DNA of 11,804 bases from NCBI GenBank assembly GCA_913040915.1, contig CAJWHW010000040.1, positions 1-11,804 on the forward strand, read 5' to 3'. Source of the stretch: an uncultured Fidelibacterota bacterium. GTDB lineage: Bacteria; Fidelibacterota; Marinisomatia; Marinisomatales; UBA1611. Made by a program: the position numbers and the translations under genes. This document shows, piece by piece, positions 1 through 7,707 of this stretch (positions are counted from its first letter, which is position 1; each line of letters opens with the position of its first letter). The notes beneath the pieces were generated by a model, which worked only from the letters and a program-made list of their open reading frames with translations, was not told the origin of the DNA and did not search any database.

Positions 1-54
1 TAATCCCGATGAGATTGGATTTCACGTCCAAGGAAAACTTCTTCATTTTTTTTT
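1..54 (-). other. ftsH: A9 homopolymer plus out-of-frame continuation of ftsH ([17 protein letters not shown]...)
   Basis: Minus strand reads GGT AAAAAAAAA TGAAGAAGTTTTCCTTGGACGTGAAATCCAATCTCATCGGGATTA. With A8 it translates without a stop to the window edge and contains the FtsH EEVFLGR motif. Confidence 0.9.
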
Positions 55-1731
55 ACCGAAAGTCATTGGTCCGAGAAGATCACTCATACCCCATTCAGTT
101 ATCATTTTTCGGGCAATCTGAGTAGCCTGTTCAATATCATTTCCTGCGCCAGTTGTCATTTGATTGAAAATAAGCATCTCAGCGCTTCGACCTCCCATTA
201 GAATCGCTAATCTTCCTTCCACATAATTTCGAGTGTAACCATGTTTCTCATCCATGGGTAATTGCATTGTAACGCCAAGGGCCCTTCCTCGAGGTATAAT
301 AGTAATCTTATGGACTGGATCTGCACCTTTTGTTTTTATCGCAACAAGGGCATGACCTGCTTCATGATAAGCAGTTACTTCTTTCTCTTCATCTGATAAG
401 ATCATGCTTTTCCGTTGCACACCCATCATAACTTTATCTTTTGCTTCTTCAAAATCAGCCATATCAATTGACTTTTTTCTTTTTCTTGCTGCAAGAAGAG
501 CTGCTTCATTAACAATATTTGCAATATCTGCCCCAACCATTCCGGGAGTGCCTTTTGCTAAGGATTCAAGATTAACTTTACTGCGATTAATTACTACTTT
601 TTTAGTGTGAACTTTCAATATACCAAGACGGCCCCTATAATCTGGTATATCCACCACAATTTGTCGATCAAAACGTCCAGGACGAAGTAGCGCTGGATCC
701 AAAACATCAGGGCGGTTGGTTGCTGCGATAACAATCACATTTTGTGAATTATCAAAACCATCCATTTCAACTAAAAGCGCATTTAAAGTTTGTTCCCTTT
801 CATCATGTCCACCGCCAATTCCTGCGCCGCGCTGTCGGCCTACTGCATCCATTTCATCTATGAATATAATACAGGGAGAACTTTTTTTGGCTTGTTCAAA
901 AAGATCTCGAACACGGGAAGCGCCCACACCAACAAACATTTCTACAAAATCAGCGCCACTCAAACTATAAAATGGAACAGCAGCTTCTCCTGCAATAGCC
1001 CTAGCTAATAAAGTTTTTCCTGTACCAGGGGGGCCTACAAGCAAAGCACCCTTTGGGACTTTAGCACCAAGCTTTTGGAATCGTTTTGGATTTTTAAGAA
1101 AATCAATGACCTCTTTTAATTCTTCTTTTGCTTCTTCACATCCTGCTACATCTTTAAATGTCACACGTGGTTGATCAGAAGTCCATAGTGCTGCACGACT
1201 TTTCCCAAATTTGAAAATACCACCGACTCCTCCAGCACCACCCTGCATTCTGCGAATCATAAAAAACCAAAATCCAATCAATAGAATCCATGGTAACATA
1301 TTTAAAAGATAACTAGTCCAATCTATTGTTTTTTCTTTAAAGGTGTAGTCTAATCCTGCAGCATCCCATTCATCTCTATCTTCTCTTTCAATAAATGGTA
1401 GAGTCAATTTAAAATGGGTCACATCACTTAATGGACCGATAGCTGTTTCGATTGTCTTTGGAATTTTGAATTCACCATGAAAAACATTACCCATAATAGT
1501 AGCTTTTCCAATTTCACCATTCGCTAAATATTGTCGGTATTCAGTATATTCAATTTCTACTTCTTTTTTTCCGGATTCAGTCAATATTCCGGAAATGTAA
1601 ACTGCACCCAGAATAATCATTAACCATACAAGACTTGTCTTACCAGCACGCTTCCAGTCAAACTGATCTTGTGGCTGATCCGGGTTTGGCTTTTGTTGAT
1701 TCCCTTTTGGTGCATTTTTTTGATTTTGCAT
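43..1731 (-). CDS. ftsH: ATP-dependent zinc metalloprotease FtsH; apparent frameshift near the C-terminus, true CDS continues past position 1
   Basis: Two N-terminal TM segments, Walker A GPPGTGKT, pore loop FVGVG, Walker [30 protein letters not shown], Zn motif HEAGH, then GGRSAE and GAGND. The ORF stops at an A9 run (46-54). Removing one A gives [19 protein letters not shown], a typical FtsH continuation. Confidence 0.97.
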   Translation of the reverse strand: MQNQKNAPKGNQQKPNPDQPQDQFDWKRAGKTSLVWLMIILGAVYISGILTESGKKEVEIEYTEYRQYLANGEIGKATIMGNVFHGEFKIPKTIETAIGPLSDVTHFKLTLPFIEREDRDEWDAAGLDYTFKEKTIDWTSYLLNMLPWILLIGFWFFMIRRMQGGAGGVGGIFKFGKSRAALWTSDQPRVTFKDVAGCEEAKEELKEVIDFLKNPKRFQKLGAKVPKGALLVGPPGTGKTLLARAIAGEAAVPFYSLSGADFVEMFVGVGASRVRDLFEQAKKSSPCIIFIDEMDAVGRQRGAGIGGGHDEREQTLNALLVEMDGFDNSQNVIVIAATNRPDVLDPALLRPGRFDRQIVVDIPDYRGRLGILKVHTKKVVINRSKVNLESLAKGTPGMVGADIANIVNEAALLAARKRKKSIDMADFEEAKDKVMMGVQRKSMILSDEEKEVTAYHEAGHALVAIKTKGADPVHKITIIPRGRALGVTMQLPMDEKHGYTRNYVEGRLAILMGGRSAEMLIFNQMTTGAGNDIEQATQIARKMITEWGMSDLLGPMTFGKKK

Positions 1732-1740
1732 TTTTAAAAT

Positions 1741-1747
1741 TTCCTTT
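1741..1747 (-). promoter_or_regulatory. Shine-Dalgarno-like site (AAAGGAA) for ftsH, overlapping the hpt stop codon
   Basis: Minus strand TAAAGGAA-ATTTTAAAA-ATG, 9-nt spacer to the ATG at 1731. Confidence 0.55.
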
Positions 1748-2288
1748 ATGATTGAACTGACTCAACATCTAAATGATAAACGCCGTCCAAATGTCTTAAC
1801 TTTTGATCAAAATCCAACCCATATCCTACAACAAATTCAGGTGAAATTTCAAATCCAACAAAGTCTACAGGAAAGTCCATCACCGCGATATCAGGTTTTA
1901 TCAAGAATGTGGCAATTGAAACTGATTTAGGAGACGCACCCTGTATTCTTTCCCGAAGAAAGCAAATAGTATGTCCAGAGTCAATAATGTCTTCAACTAA
2001 AATTACATGTCTATTGGTAACATCAGCTGATATATCCTTAATTAATTGGATTGTTCCAGTTCTTTTGGTGCCAACGTAGCTTTTGACTTTTATAAAATCT
2101 ACTTCACAATCAATTGAAACAGCTCTTAATAGATCAGCCATAAACATAAAACTACCATTTAATACACCTATAAATATTGGGTCTTTTGCTGAAAATTTTC
2201 CAGAAATTTCCATTCCCATTTCTTTTACACGCTTCTGAATCTCTTCAGCTGAGATAACTAATGTTTTTTGTTGATCTATTACATTCAC
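1746..2288 (-). CDS. hpt: hypoxanthine(-guanine) phosphoribosyltransferase
   Basis: [17 protein letters not shown] loop, PRPP-binding [13 protein letters not shown] and C-terminal [11 protein letters not shown] start. Lies between tilS and ftsH as in the conserved cluster. Confidence 0.96.
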   Translation of the reverse strand: MNVIDQQKTLVISAEEIQKRVKEMGMEISGKFSAKDPIFIGVLNGSFMFMADLLRAVSIDCEVDFIKVKSYVGTKRTGTIQLIKDISADVTNRHVILVEDIIDSGHTICFLRERIQGASPKSVSIATFLIKPDIAVMDFPVDFVGFEISPEFVVGYGLDFDQKLRHLDGVYHLDVESVQS

Positions 2289-2290
2289 TT

Positions 2291-3679
2291 TTAAAGCAGA
2301 CTCATACTTAGATTGACAGTTACTTTTGTATCTTTTGTTAGTTTAACCCAATCAGCAATCCGTTTCCCGCAAACCCATATGATTTGACCATTAGCTGTAA
2401 CAACTGCCTGTGAGTTTTTAGAAAAACGATCTACCTTTTCATTAATGAGAAAATCACTGATCTTTTGATGACCTTTCATACCTAATGGCTGAAAAAAATC
2501 TCCTTCTTTTAAGTTACGTATTTCTAATTCCAGGTTTTTTAGAACAGACCAATCCATTTTCTCTTGATTTAATATTGAATCTGATCTTTCAGGATCCCCA
2601 AAATAAACTTCATATTTGTATTTATCAAATTCAACAGGCTGATTTGGAATAAGCTTCACTGTCCTAGATCTAGAGTTTATTTTCTCTTTTTCACCAATAA
2701 TAGATTTCCTATCCCTTAATAATGACCAACCATTTTTCAAAGATATTTGATTTCCAATTTTATCTTTTTGTAAAAAAGAATATAACATTTTTATTCTATG
2801 TTTTGACCATAGCTCATTTTCATTTTCTGATGTCAAAATTTGAATCAACCTTATTTTTACCATTTTTGGTAGGCTTTTGAAATCTTTTAATGAAATTTCG
2901 ATCCGTTTATCAGATTGTTGAACTTTTGGCAAGAGAGTTTTACAGATTAAATAATCCAGTCCTTCCTTCCAATCAGAGAAATGATTCGCAGACTCATGGA
3001 TTCCCATAATGATATTTTGAAATTCTGCTTCCCAAGGTTTTACAACCTTGTGACGTATAAAATTACGGGGTATTGAAATATCCATATTTGTAAAATCTTC
3101 TCTAAATGGAATACCAGCCTTTTTTACAAATTCAGTCAATTCTTTTTTTCTAAAACCCAATAAAGGACGAATTATATTATTTCGTTGTTTTGCAATACCT
3201 CGCAATCCTGCAATACCCGATTTTTTTGATAGATTCATCAGAATTGTCTCTGCTTGATCGTTTCCATGATGTGCGGTCATAATCCACCGACAATGTGATA
3301 TTTTGGCGGTATTTTTCAAAAATGAATAACGCTCTATTCTTGCCCATTGCTCTACACTTTCTCCTTTATTCATTGTTGATGGATCCAATTGTTTAGAATA
3401 AAAAGATAGTGAAAAATAGTCACAAATATTTGCAACAAATTTTTCATCCTTTTCAGAATTAGATCTTAACCCATGATTGACATGGGCAATTTTAAGGTCA
3501 AACAAATTAATTTCATTTATTATAAAAAAAAGTGCCATTGAATCCAGACCAGCAGAAACCGCTAAAAGAATCCCATCACCTTTATTTAAATCAGCAAAAT
3601 TATTCAATTCATTTTGAATACGAGAAAAGATCGGATCAGATTGTATTAAATTTTTTCTAAAATTTAGCAATTCATTCAT
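2291..3679 (-). CDS. tilS: tRNA(Ile)-lysidine synthetase
   Basis: PP-loop AVSAGLDS, HVNHGLR, ARxxRY, TAHHGNDQAET, IIRPLL, RNFIRH, and C-terminal GDFFQPLGMKGHQKISDFLINEKV ... IIWVCG. The ATG overlaps the upstream TAA (TAATG). Confidence 0.96.
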   Translation of the reverse strand: MNELLNFRKNLIQSDPIFSRIQNELNNFADLNKGDGILLAVSAGLDSMALFFIINEINLFDLKIAHVNHGLRSNSEKDEKFVANICDYFSLSFYSKQLDPSTMNKGESVEQWARIERYSFLKNTAKISHCRWIMTAHHGNDQAETILMNLSKKSGIAGLRGIAKQRNNIIRPLLGFRKKELTEFVKKAGIPFREDFTNMDISIPRNFIRHKVVKPWEAEFQNIIMGIHESANHFSDWKEGLDYLICKTLLPKVQQSDKRIEISLKDFKSLPKMVKIRLIQILTSENENELWSKHRIKMLYSFLQKDKIGNQISLKNGWSLLRDRKSIIGEKEKINSRSRTVKLIPNQPVEFDKYKYEVYFGDPERSDSILNQEKMDWSVLKNLELEIRNLKEGDFFQPLGMKGHQKISDFLINEKVDRFSKNSQAVVTANGQIIWVCGKRIADWVKLTKDTKVTVNLSMSLL

Positions 3680-4329
3680 TAATAATAATTTACCCGATTT
3701 AATAATGGAATCAAAAATGGGTTTTGAGCCATTTCCTGATTTAATGTTGTATTTGAACCATGACCAGGATGAAGTATATAATCAGTAGGGATTTCGCTCA
3801 TTAATTTGACCAAACTATTACATAATGTATCCCAATCACCCCCAGGAAGATCTGTCCTACCTACAGACCCTGCAAAAATTGTATCTCCTGTAAAGACGTG
3901 GTTTTTTATTATAATACATGTTCCTCCAGGCGTATGGCCAGGAGTTTCAAGCAATTTTATTTCAAAATCTCCCAGCTTTAATTCTTCATTTTCAAACCAA
4001 TGATCAACCTTGGGCGTTTTTTTTGGTATCATTCCAAAAAAGGCACAGTCACGTTCATATCCATCTAGTACTGATTTTTCATCGGAATGAAGGTAAAACG
4101 GAACTTGGTAATGGGATTTTATTTCTGACACACCACCAATATGGTCCAAATGAGCATGCGTATTTATTATCGCAATTGGATCAAGGTTGTATTGATCAAT
4201 TAAATGAATAATTTTTTCTGGGTCATCTCCAGGGTCAATTACTAGACAAGATAGTGAAAGGTCCTGTCTAACTAAATAGCTATTTTCTTGAAATGGGCCT
4301 GTCGTAACCCGCTCTATGGTAAGTTTCAA
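3679..4329 (-). CDS. MBL-fold metallo-hydrolase, glyoxalase II-like (YcbL/GloC family)
   Basis: GPFQENSY, VIDPG, THAHLDH (HxHxDH), TPGHTPG, FTGDTIF, GRTDLPGG, HPGHG. The TTG start overlaps the upstream TGA (TTGA). Confidence 0.9.
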   Translation of the reverse strand: MKLTIERVTTGPFQENSYLVRQDLSLSCLVIDPGDDPEKIIHLIDQYNLDPIAIINTHAHLDHIGGVSEIKSHYQVPFYLHSDEKSVLDGYERDCAFFGMIPKKTPKVDHWFENEELKLGDFEIKLLETPGHTPGGTCIIIKNHVFTGDTIFAGSVGRTDLPGGDWDTLCNSLVKLMSEIPTDYILHPGHGSNTTLNQEMAQNPFLIPLLNRVNYY

Positions 4330-5390
4330 ATGTTATTAAAAATTAAAGGAGATAAACACTGAATTTTATCTTCATATGAGTGAGGATAAAGCATCCATTC
4401 TGCGGCAGAAATGGAACTTAAGATTGAATTCCCATCTTGTGGTGTAAAACAAAATCCGGTAATCTCATGGTCATTTCTCACATTTAATGATTGCTCCACA
4501 ACAACAGTTTGGTTCATGATACGTCCATAATGTCCATGGTCACGACCAAAAGAAAAAACGGTACTGGTCATATCTTTACTAGTCATGGCAACATGGTCAT
4601 TTGCATGTAATCTATCCTTCACTGATACTAATGATGTCGGTTCCTTTACTTTTAATGTAAACCATAAAACGTGCATATACTGACTATTAACTTTCATAGC
4701 AGATGAAAATAAATTCAAATCTAATCCCAATGTAGCAAAGAGACCTGCTGCATCAGCTGCATGGTGTGAACCATATTTTTCATCACCATGACTTCCAACC
4801 TGAGGAGCAGGAATAAAACTTCCTAACTGACTTAAATCATTTGCCCGGCGTACGCAAACATACTTTCCTTCAATTAAATTTTCAGGGTCTTCGGATAAAG
4901 CCAATGTTTTCGTAATACAACTAATATTATGAGTATTGCATGAAACTATTTGAATAAACTTCTCTGATGCATTCAAAGCTGAATCATTAATACCACGAGC
5001 GTATTTTTTCCCAAAACCATCTTCACTACCTTGAGCTAAAAACCCTCTGACAGAATCAGAAAATTTTTGATAGTATTTAACTTTATTTTGATGGCTCACT
5101 CCCTTTGGAGTGCAGTCGATCACTACTGTGCAACGACTGATAGATTCTTCAGTCTCGAAATCAGCATCCATCCCTAATTTTTTAAATTCTTGTTCTCGTC
5201 CTTCATCTACTGATAAACGAGCCCCCCGTTTCAATAGATTAATAACTTTAGTTCTTTCACTCCGATGTGCGGAATTTTTATGGAAGGATACTTCATCAAT
5301 ACCCAATTGATCCCTGTAATCACATAATAAACCAATCAAAGGTTCACCAATAGTTCCTGTACCTATTACGTGAACAATCTTACGTTCCAT
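4326..5390 (-). CDS. divergent archaeal-type (class II) glyceraldehyde-3-phosphate dehydrogenase-like NAD(P)-dependent dehydrogenase
   Basis: Motifs are colinear with archaeal GAPDH: GTGTIG (cf. GYGTIG), VIDCTPKG (cf. VDATPGG), AQGSE (cf. FQGGE), IVSCNT with putative catalytic Cys151, VRRAND (cf. RRAAD), SHHAAD (cf. SHHGPD), MHV (His240, cf. catalytic His) and FGRD (cf. FARD). The class I SCTTNC motif is absent. Confidence 0.8.
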   Translation of the reverse strand: MERKIVHVIGTGTIGEPLIGLLCDYRDQLGIDEVSFHKNSAHRSERTKVINLLKRGARLSVDEGREQEFKKLGMDADFETEESISRCTVVIDCTPKGVSHQNKVKYYQKFSDSVRGFLAQGSEDGFGKKYARGINDSALNASEKFIQIVSCNTHNISCITKTLALSEDPENLIEGKYVCVRRANDLSQLGSFIPAPQVGSHGDEKYGSHHAADAAGLFATLGLDLNLFSSAMKVNSQYMHVLWFTLKVKEPTSLVSVKDRLHANDHVAMTSKDMTSTVFSFGRDHGHYGRIMNQTVVVEQSLNVRNDHEITGFCFTPQDGNSILSSISAAEWMLYPHSYEDKIQCLSPLIFNNI

Positions 5391-5400
5391 CTAAAAAAAG

Positions 5401-5407
5401 CTCCTTA
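5401..5407 (-). promoter_or_regulatory. Shine-Dalgarno site TAAGGAG for the GAPDH-like gene, overlapping the ccmD stop codon
   Basis: Minus strand TAAGGAG-CTTTTTTTAG-ATG, 10-nt spacer to the ATG at 5390. Confidence 0.7.
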
Positions 5408-5497
5408 ATTAAATTTTTTTAATTGAAGTATGTGGTAAAAAAACCAAACTACAATCATACCATAAACTAATGAAATAGCTGTAATTAAATAAATCAT
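5405..5497 (-). CDS. ccmD: heme exporter protein D-like small membrane protein (30 aa; not in the supplied ORF track)
   Basis: Manual translation: MIYLITAISLVYGMIVVWFFYHILQLKKFN*. The ATG is 2 nt after the ccmC stop. One hydrophobic helix with Tyr/Trp residues followed by a basic tail, in the canonical ccmD position. Confidence 0.75.
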   Translation of the reverse strand: MIYLITAISLVYGMIVVWFFYHILQLKKFN

Positions 5498-5499
5498 AT

Positions 5500-6165
5500 T
5501 CAGTTTATTAACTCTCTTTGTTTTAAAATTTCAATACGAAATCTGACCATCAAACTTGAAATAACAATAAAAGTCAAAAAAGAAAAAATTACTAAATAAG
5601 TTGGTAAGGGATTCGAACTATCAAAATATTGTCCTACTTGCGGATGCGATTGCATTTCAGGTAACCAAAATTTGACTGAAAAAAATATTAATGGGACATC
5701 CAAAAATGCAAGAATACCAACAACTGCTGCATATCTGGATACCTGTTCTGGATTTCCACCTAATTCACGTAACATGAAATATCCAAGGTATATTAGAAAT
5801 AAGATTAAACTTGTCGTCAGACGAGGCTCCCATGGCCAAAAATACCCCCAAGCGGGCTTAGCCCATATTGGCCCGGTGGTAAGGACAAAAAACATAAATA
5901 AAGTTCCTATTTCTGCAAATGCAAGTCCTCGGTGATCCCAAATTTTTTCTTTAATTAAAATGAACCGAATACCTGCTAACATTACACAGAAATATAGCAG
6001 AAAAGCTGTCCATGCAACCGGGACATGGATATAAAAAATATTACCATAAACCCCCTGCGCTAAGTTGGGTGGTTCTAAAGTGATGATAATATAAATATGA
6101 CATAATGCCAAAAATCCCGCAATTGCTGCATGAATCATGTTAATTCTTTTATTAAAGTATGACAC
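5500..6165 (-). CDS. ccmC: heme exporter/cytochrome c biogenesis protein CcmC
   Basis: IFYIHVPVAW (first heme-ligand His), tryptophan-rich GPIWAKPAWGYFWPWEPRLTT, second His in SVKFW...SHP, multiple TM helices. GTG start overlaps the ccmB TAG; an alternative ATG lies at 6138. Confidence 0.93.
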   Translation of the reverse strand: MSYFNKRINMIHAAIAGFLALCHIYIIITLEPPNLAQGVYGNIFYIHVPVAWTAFLLYFCVMLAGIRFILIKEKIWDHRGLAFAEIGTLFMFFVLTTGPIWAKPAWGYFWPWEPRLTTSLILFLIYLGYFMLRELGGNPEQVSRYAAVVGILAFLDVPLIFFSVKFWLPEMQSHPQVGQYFDSSNPLPTYLVIFSFLTFIVISSLMVRFRIEILKQRELIN

Positions 6166-6827
6166 TATTCTTCTACGATTCGATTAAAAACAAGGTATCC
6201 TGATAGCCCAAAAATTACGAAGAAGGTAACAAGGATTAACACCCAAAAACTCCACTCAATTATTGGTCTTTTCATGAATATATACTCTGTACATTTTGTT
6301 GCTGCAATGGTAACTGGCGAAGCTAGGGGAAATAATAAAACGGGGATTAATACATCTCTCATTCCTGCTTGCAATGTAAGTCCCGAAATAAGGCAACCAA
6401 TAGCAACAATTGCCCCTGAACCTAAAAAAAGAACTATACCCAATAAAGAAAATGAAAAATCTGTAGAAATATTTAAAAATATAAAAAATGGGATAATAAA
6501 TAATAATACTGCAATAAGAACAAATATCAATGCTGAGAAAATTTTTGCCAAATATACTGTTCCTCGATCAACCGGTGCTGACAACCAGCTCCATATTGCA
6601 TTTTCTTGTCTTTCTAAGGTAAAAAGTCGATTAAGTCCGAGAACAGATGTAAAAAGAATAACCACCCATAAAAGACCCGGTGCAAATTTATCGATAAGAA
6701 CTGGTGCAACTTGAAAGGCCAAAGCAAAAATTAATGTAACAGATAATCCAAAGATAAACATTGATGCAATAATTTCCTTCGATCGCCATTCAAGCTTTAT
6801 ATCTTTTAGAACAAGTGTTTTTAACAT
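6165..6827 (-). CDS. ccmB: heme exporter ABC permease CcmB
   Basis: KDIKLEWRS N-terminus, APGLLWV, LNRLFTLE, YLAK, LIPVLLFPLASP. About six TM helices, located between ccmA and ccmC. Confidence 0.93.
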   Translation of the reverse strand: MLKTLVLKDIKLEWRSKEIIASMFIFGLSVTLIFALAFQVAPVLIDKFAPGLLWVVILFTSVLGLNRLFTLERQENAIWSWLSAPVDRGTVYLAKIFSALIFVLIAVLLFIIPFFIFLNISTDFSFSLLGIVLFLGSGAIVAIGCLISGLTLQAGMRDVLIPVLLFPLASPVTIAATKCTEYIFMKRPIIEWSFWVLILVTFFVIFGLSGYLVFNRIVEE

Positions 6828-7438
6828 TATTTTAATTCAATAATTCTATCTGTATGCAGTCTTAGCCATTCTCGATCATGGGAAACTATAAACATGGTCT
6901 TATTTTTATTTTTCCAATCGGTAAATAGTTCATCAAAGAGTGAAATTCCATTTTCATCTAATCCAGTTTTGGGCTCATCTAACAATAGGACACGTGGAGT
7001 AAGGGTAATCACTACAGCCAACTTTAGCCTTTGAAGCATACCTTGAGAATAAAATTTTACTAATTTCCCCCCATCGTTTTTCAACCCTACTTTGGTTAAT
7101 ACGTTATCAATATCACCCTTTATTATGCCATAAAGTTTAGAAAGAAAATCTATATTTTCTTCACCGGTTAAACTTGGATATAATCCAACAGAATGTCCCA
7201 AATAATAGACATCTTTCCTTGACTCAGTTTTTTCAGGATGAATAATCAGGTCATCAATTTTAATTTTTCCAGAATCAATAGACATAATACCACAAATCAT
7301 TTTTAATAGACTCGTTTTTCCTGAACCATTTGGACCAAATATTCCAACTGATTCTCCAGAATCAATTTTAAGGGAAAAATTTTTTAAAATAGGTGTTTTA
7401 TAAAATGATTTTGTCAAATTTTCAATCTGTATGTTCAT
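6827..7438 (-). CDS. ccmA: heme exporter ABC ATP-binding protein CcmA
   Basis: Walker A GPNGSGKT, CcmA-type YLGH, signature YSQGMLQRL, Walker B LLLDEP, VSHD switch. Translationally coupled to ccmB. Confidence 0.9.
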   Translation of the reverse strand: MNIQIENLTKSFYKTPILKNFSLKIDSGESVGIFGPNGSGKTSLLKMICGIMSIDSGKIKIDDLIIHPEKTESRKDVYYLGHSVGLYPSLTGEENIDFLSKLYGIIKGDIDNVLTKVGLKNDGGKLVKFYSQGMLQRLKLAVVITLTPRVLLLDEPKTGLDENGISLFDELFTDWKNKNKTMFIVSHDREWLRLHTDRIIELK

Positions 7439-7707
7439 ACTGATCTTTTTAATTCAGAAATAATTTCTGAAATATCTTTTTTCAATCTGTTTCGTCCAAA
7501 TTCATAATCCTTATCTGTAATATTGCCAATGTGATGATCCATTTCTAATTCTTTAATCTGTCGTAAAAAAACAATTTTTTTTCGCTCCAACTCTTCTCTA
7601 CTGACTAATGCAGGAATTTTTGATCTTCCTTCAAATAAGGGAAAAATAACATACCAAACCGATGTACCAAAAAGTAGAATCAGAGACAAAAGAAAAATTA
7701 AACTCAT
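7435..7707 (-). CDS. 90-aa membrane-anchored protein resembling the N-terminal domain of CcmI (no TPR region)
   Basis: Start reassigned to ATG 7707 (ATGA overlap with the ccmF stop) instead of 7785. A TM helix ending in PLF is followed by RQIKELEMDHHIGNITDKDYEFGRNRL, resembling the CcmI-N pattern RxxLxELxxDxxxGxIxxxxY. Confidence 0.65.
   Translation of the reverse strand: MSLIFLLSLILLFGTSVWYVIFPLFEGRSKIPALVSREELERKKIVFLRQIKELEMDHHIGNITDKDYEFGRNRLKKDISEIISELKRSV

Noticed and set aside
404..1008. Plus-strand ORFs 404-610, 716-970 and 790-1008
   Set aside because: Antisense shadows of conserved ftsH with no recognisable motifs.
1568..1595. 8-bp inverted repeat TTTCCGGA-N12-TCCGGAAA
   Set aside because: Single copy inside the ftsH coding sequence, produced by two Ser-Gly codon pairs; compatible with chance.
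3539..3556. TilS PP-loop SAGLDS instead of SGGxDS
   Set aside because: Conservative change with all other TilS motifs intact; not evidence of altered function.
5391..5499. AT-rich gap as a promoter, terminator or ncRNA region
   Set aside because: Better explained by the ccmD ORF plus the SD, and there is no GC-rich hairpin. An overlapping internal promoter cannot be excluded.
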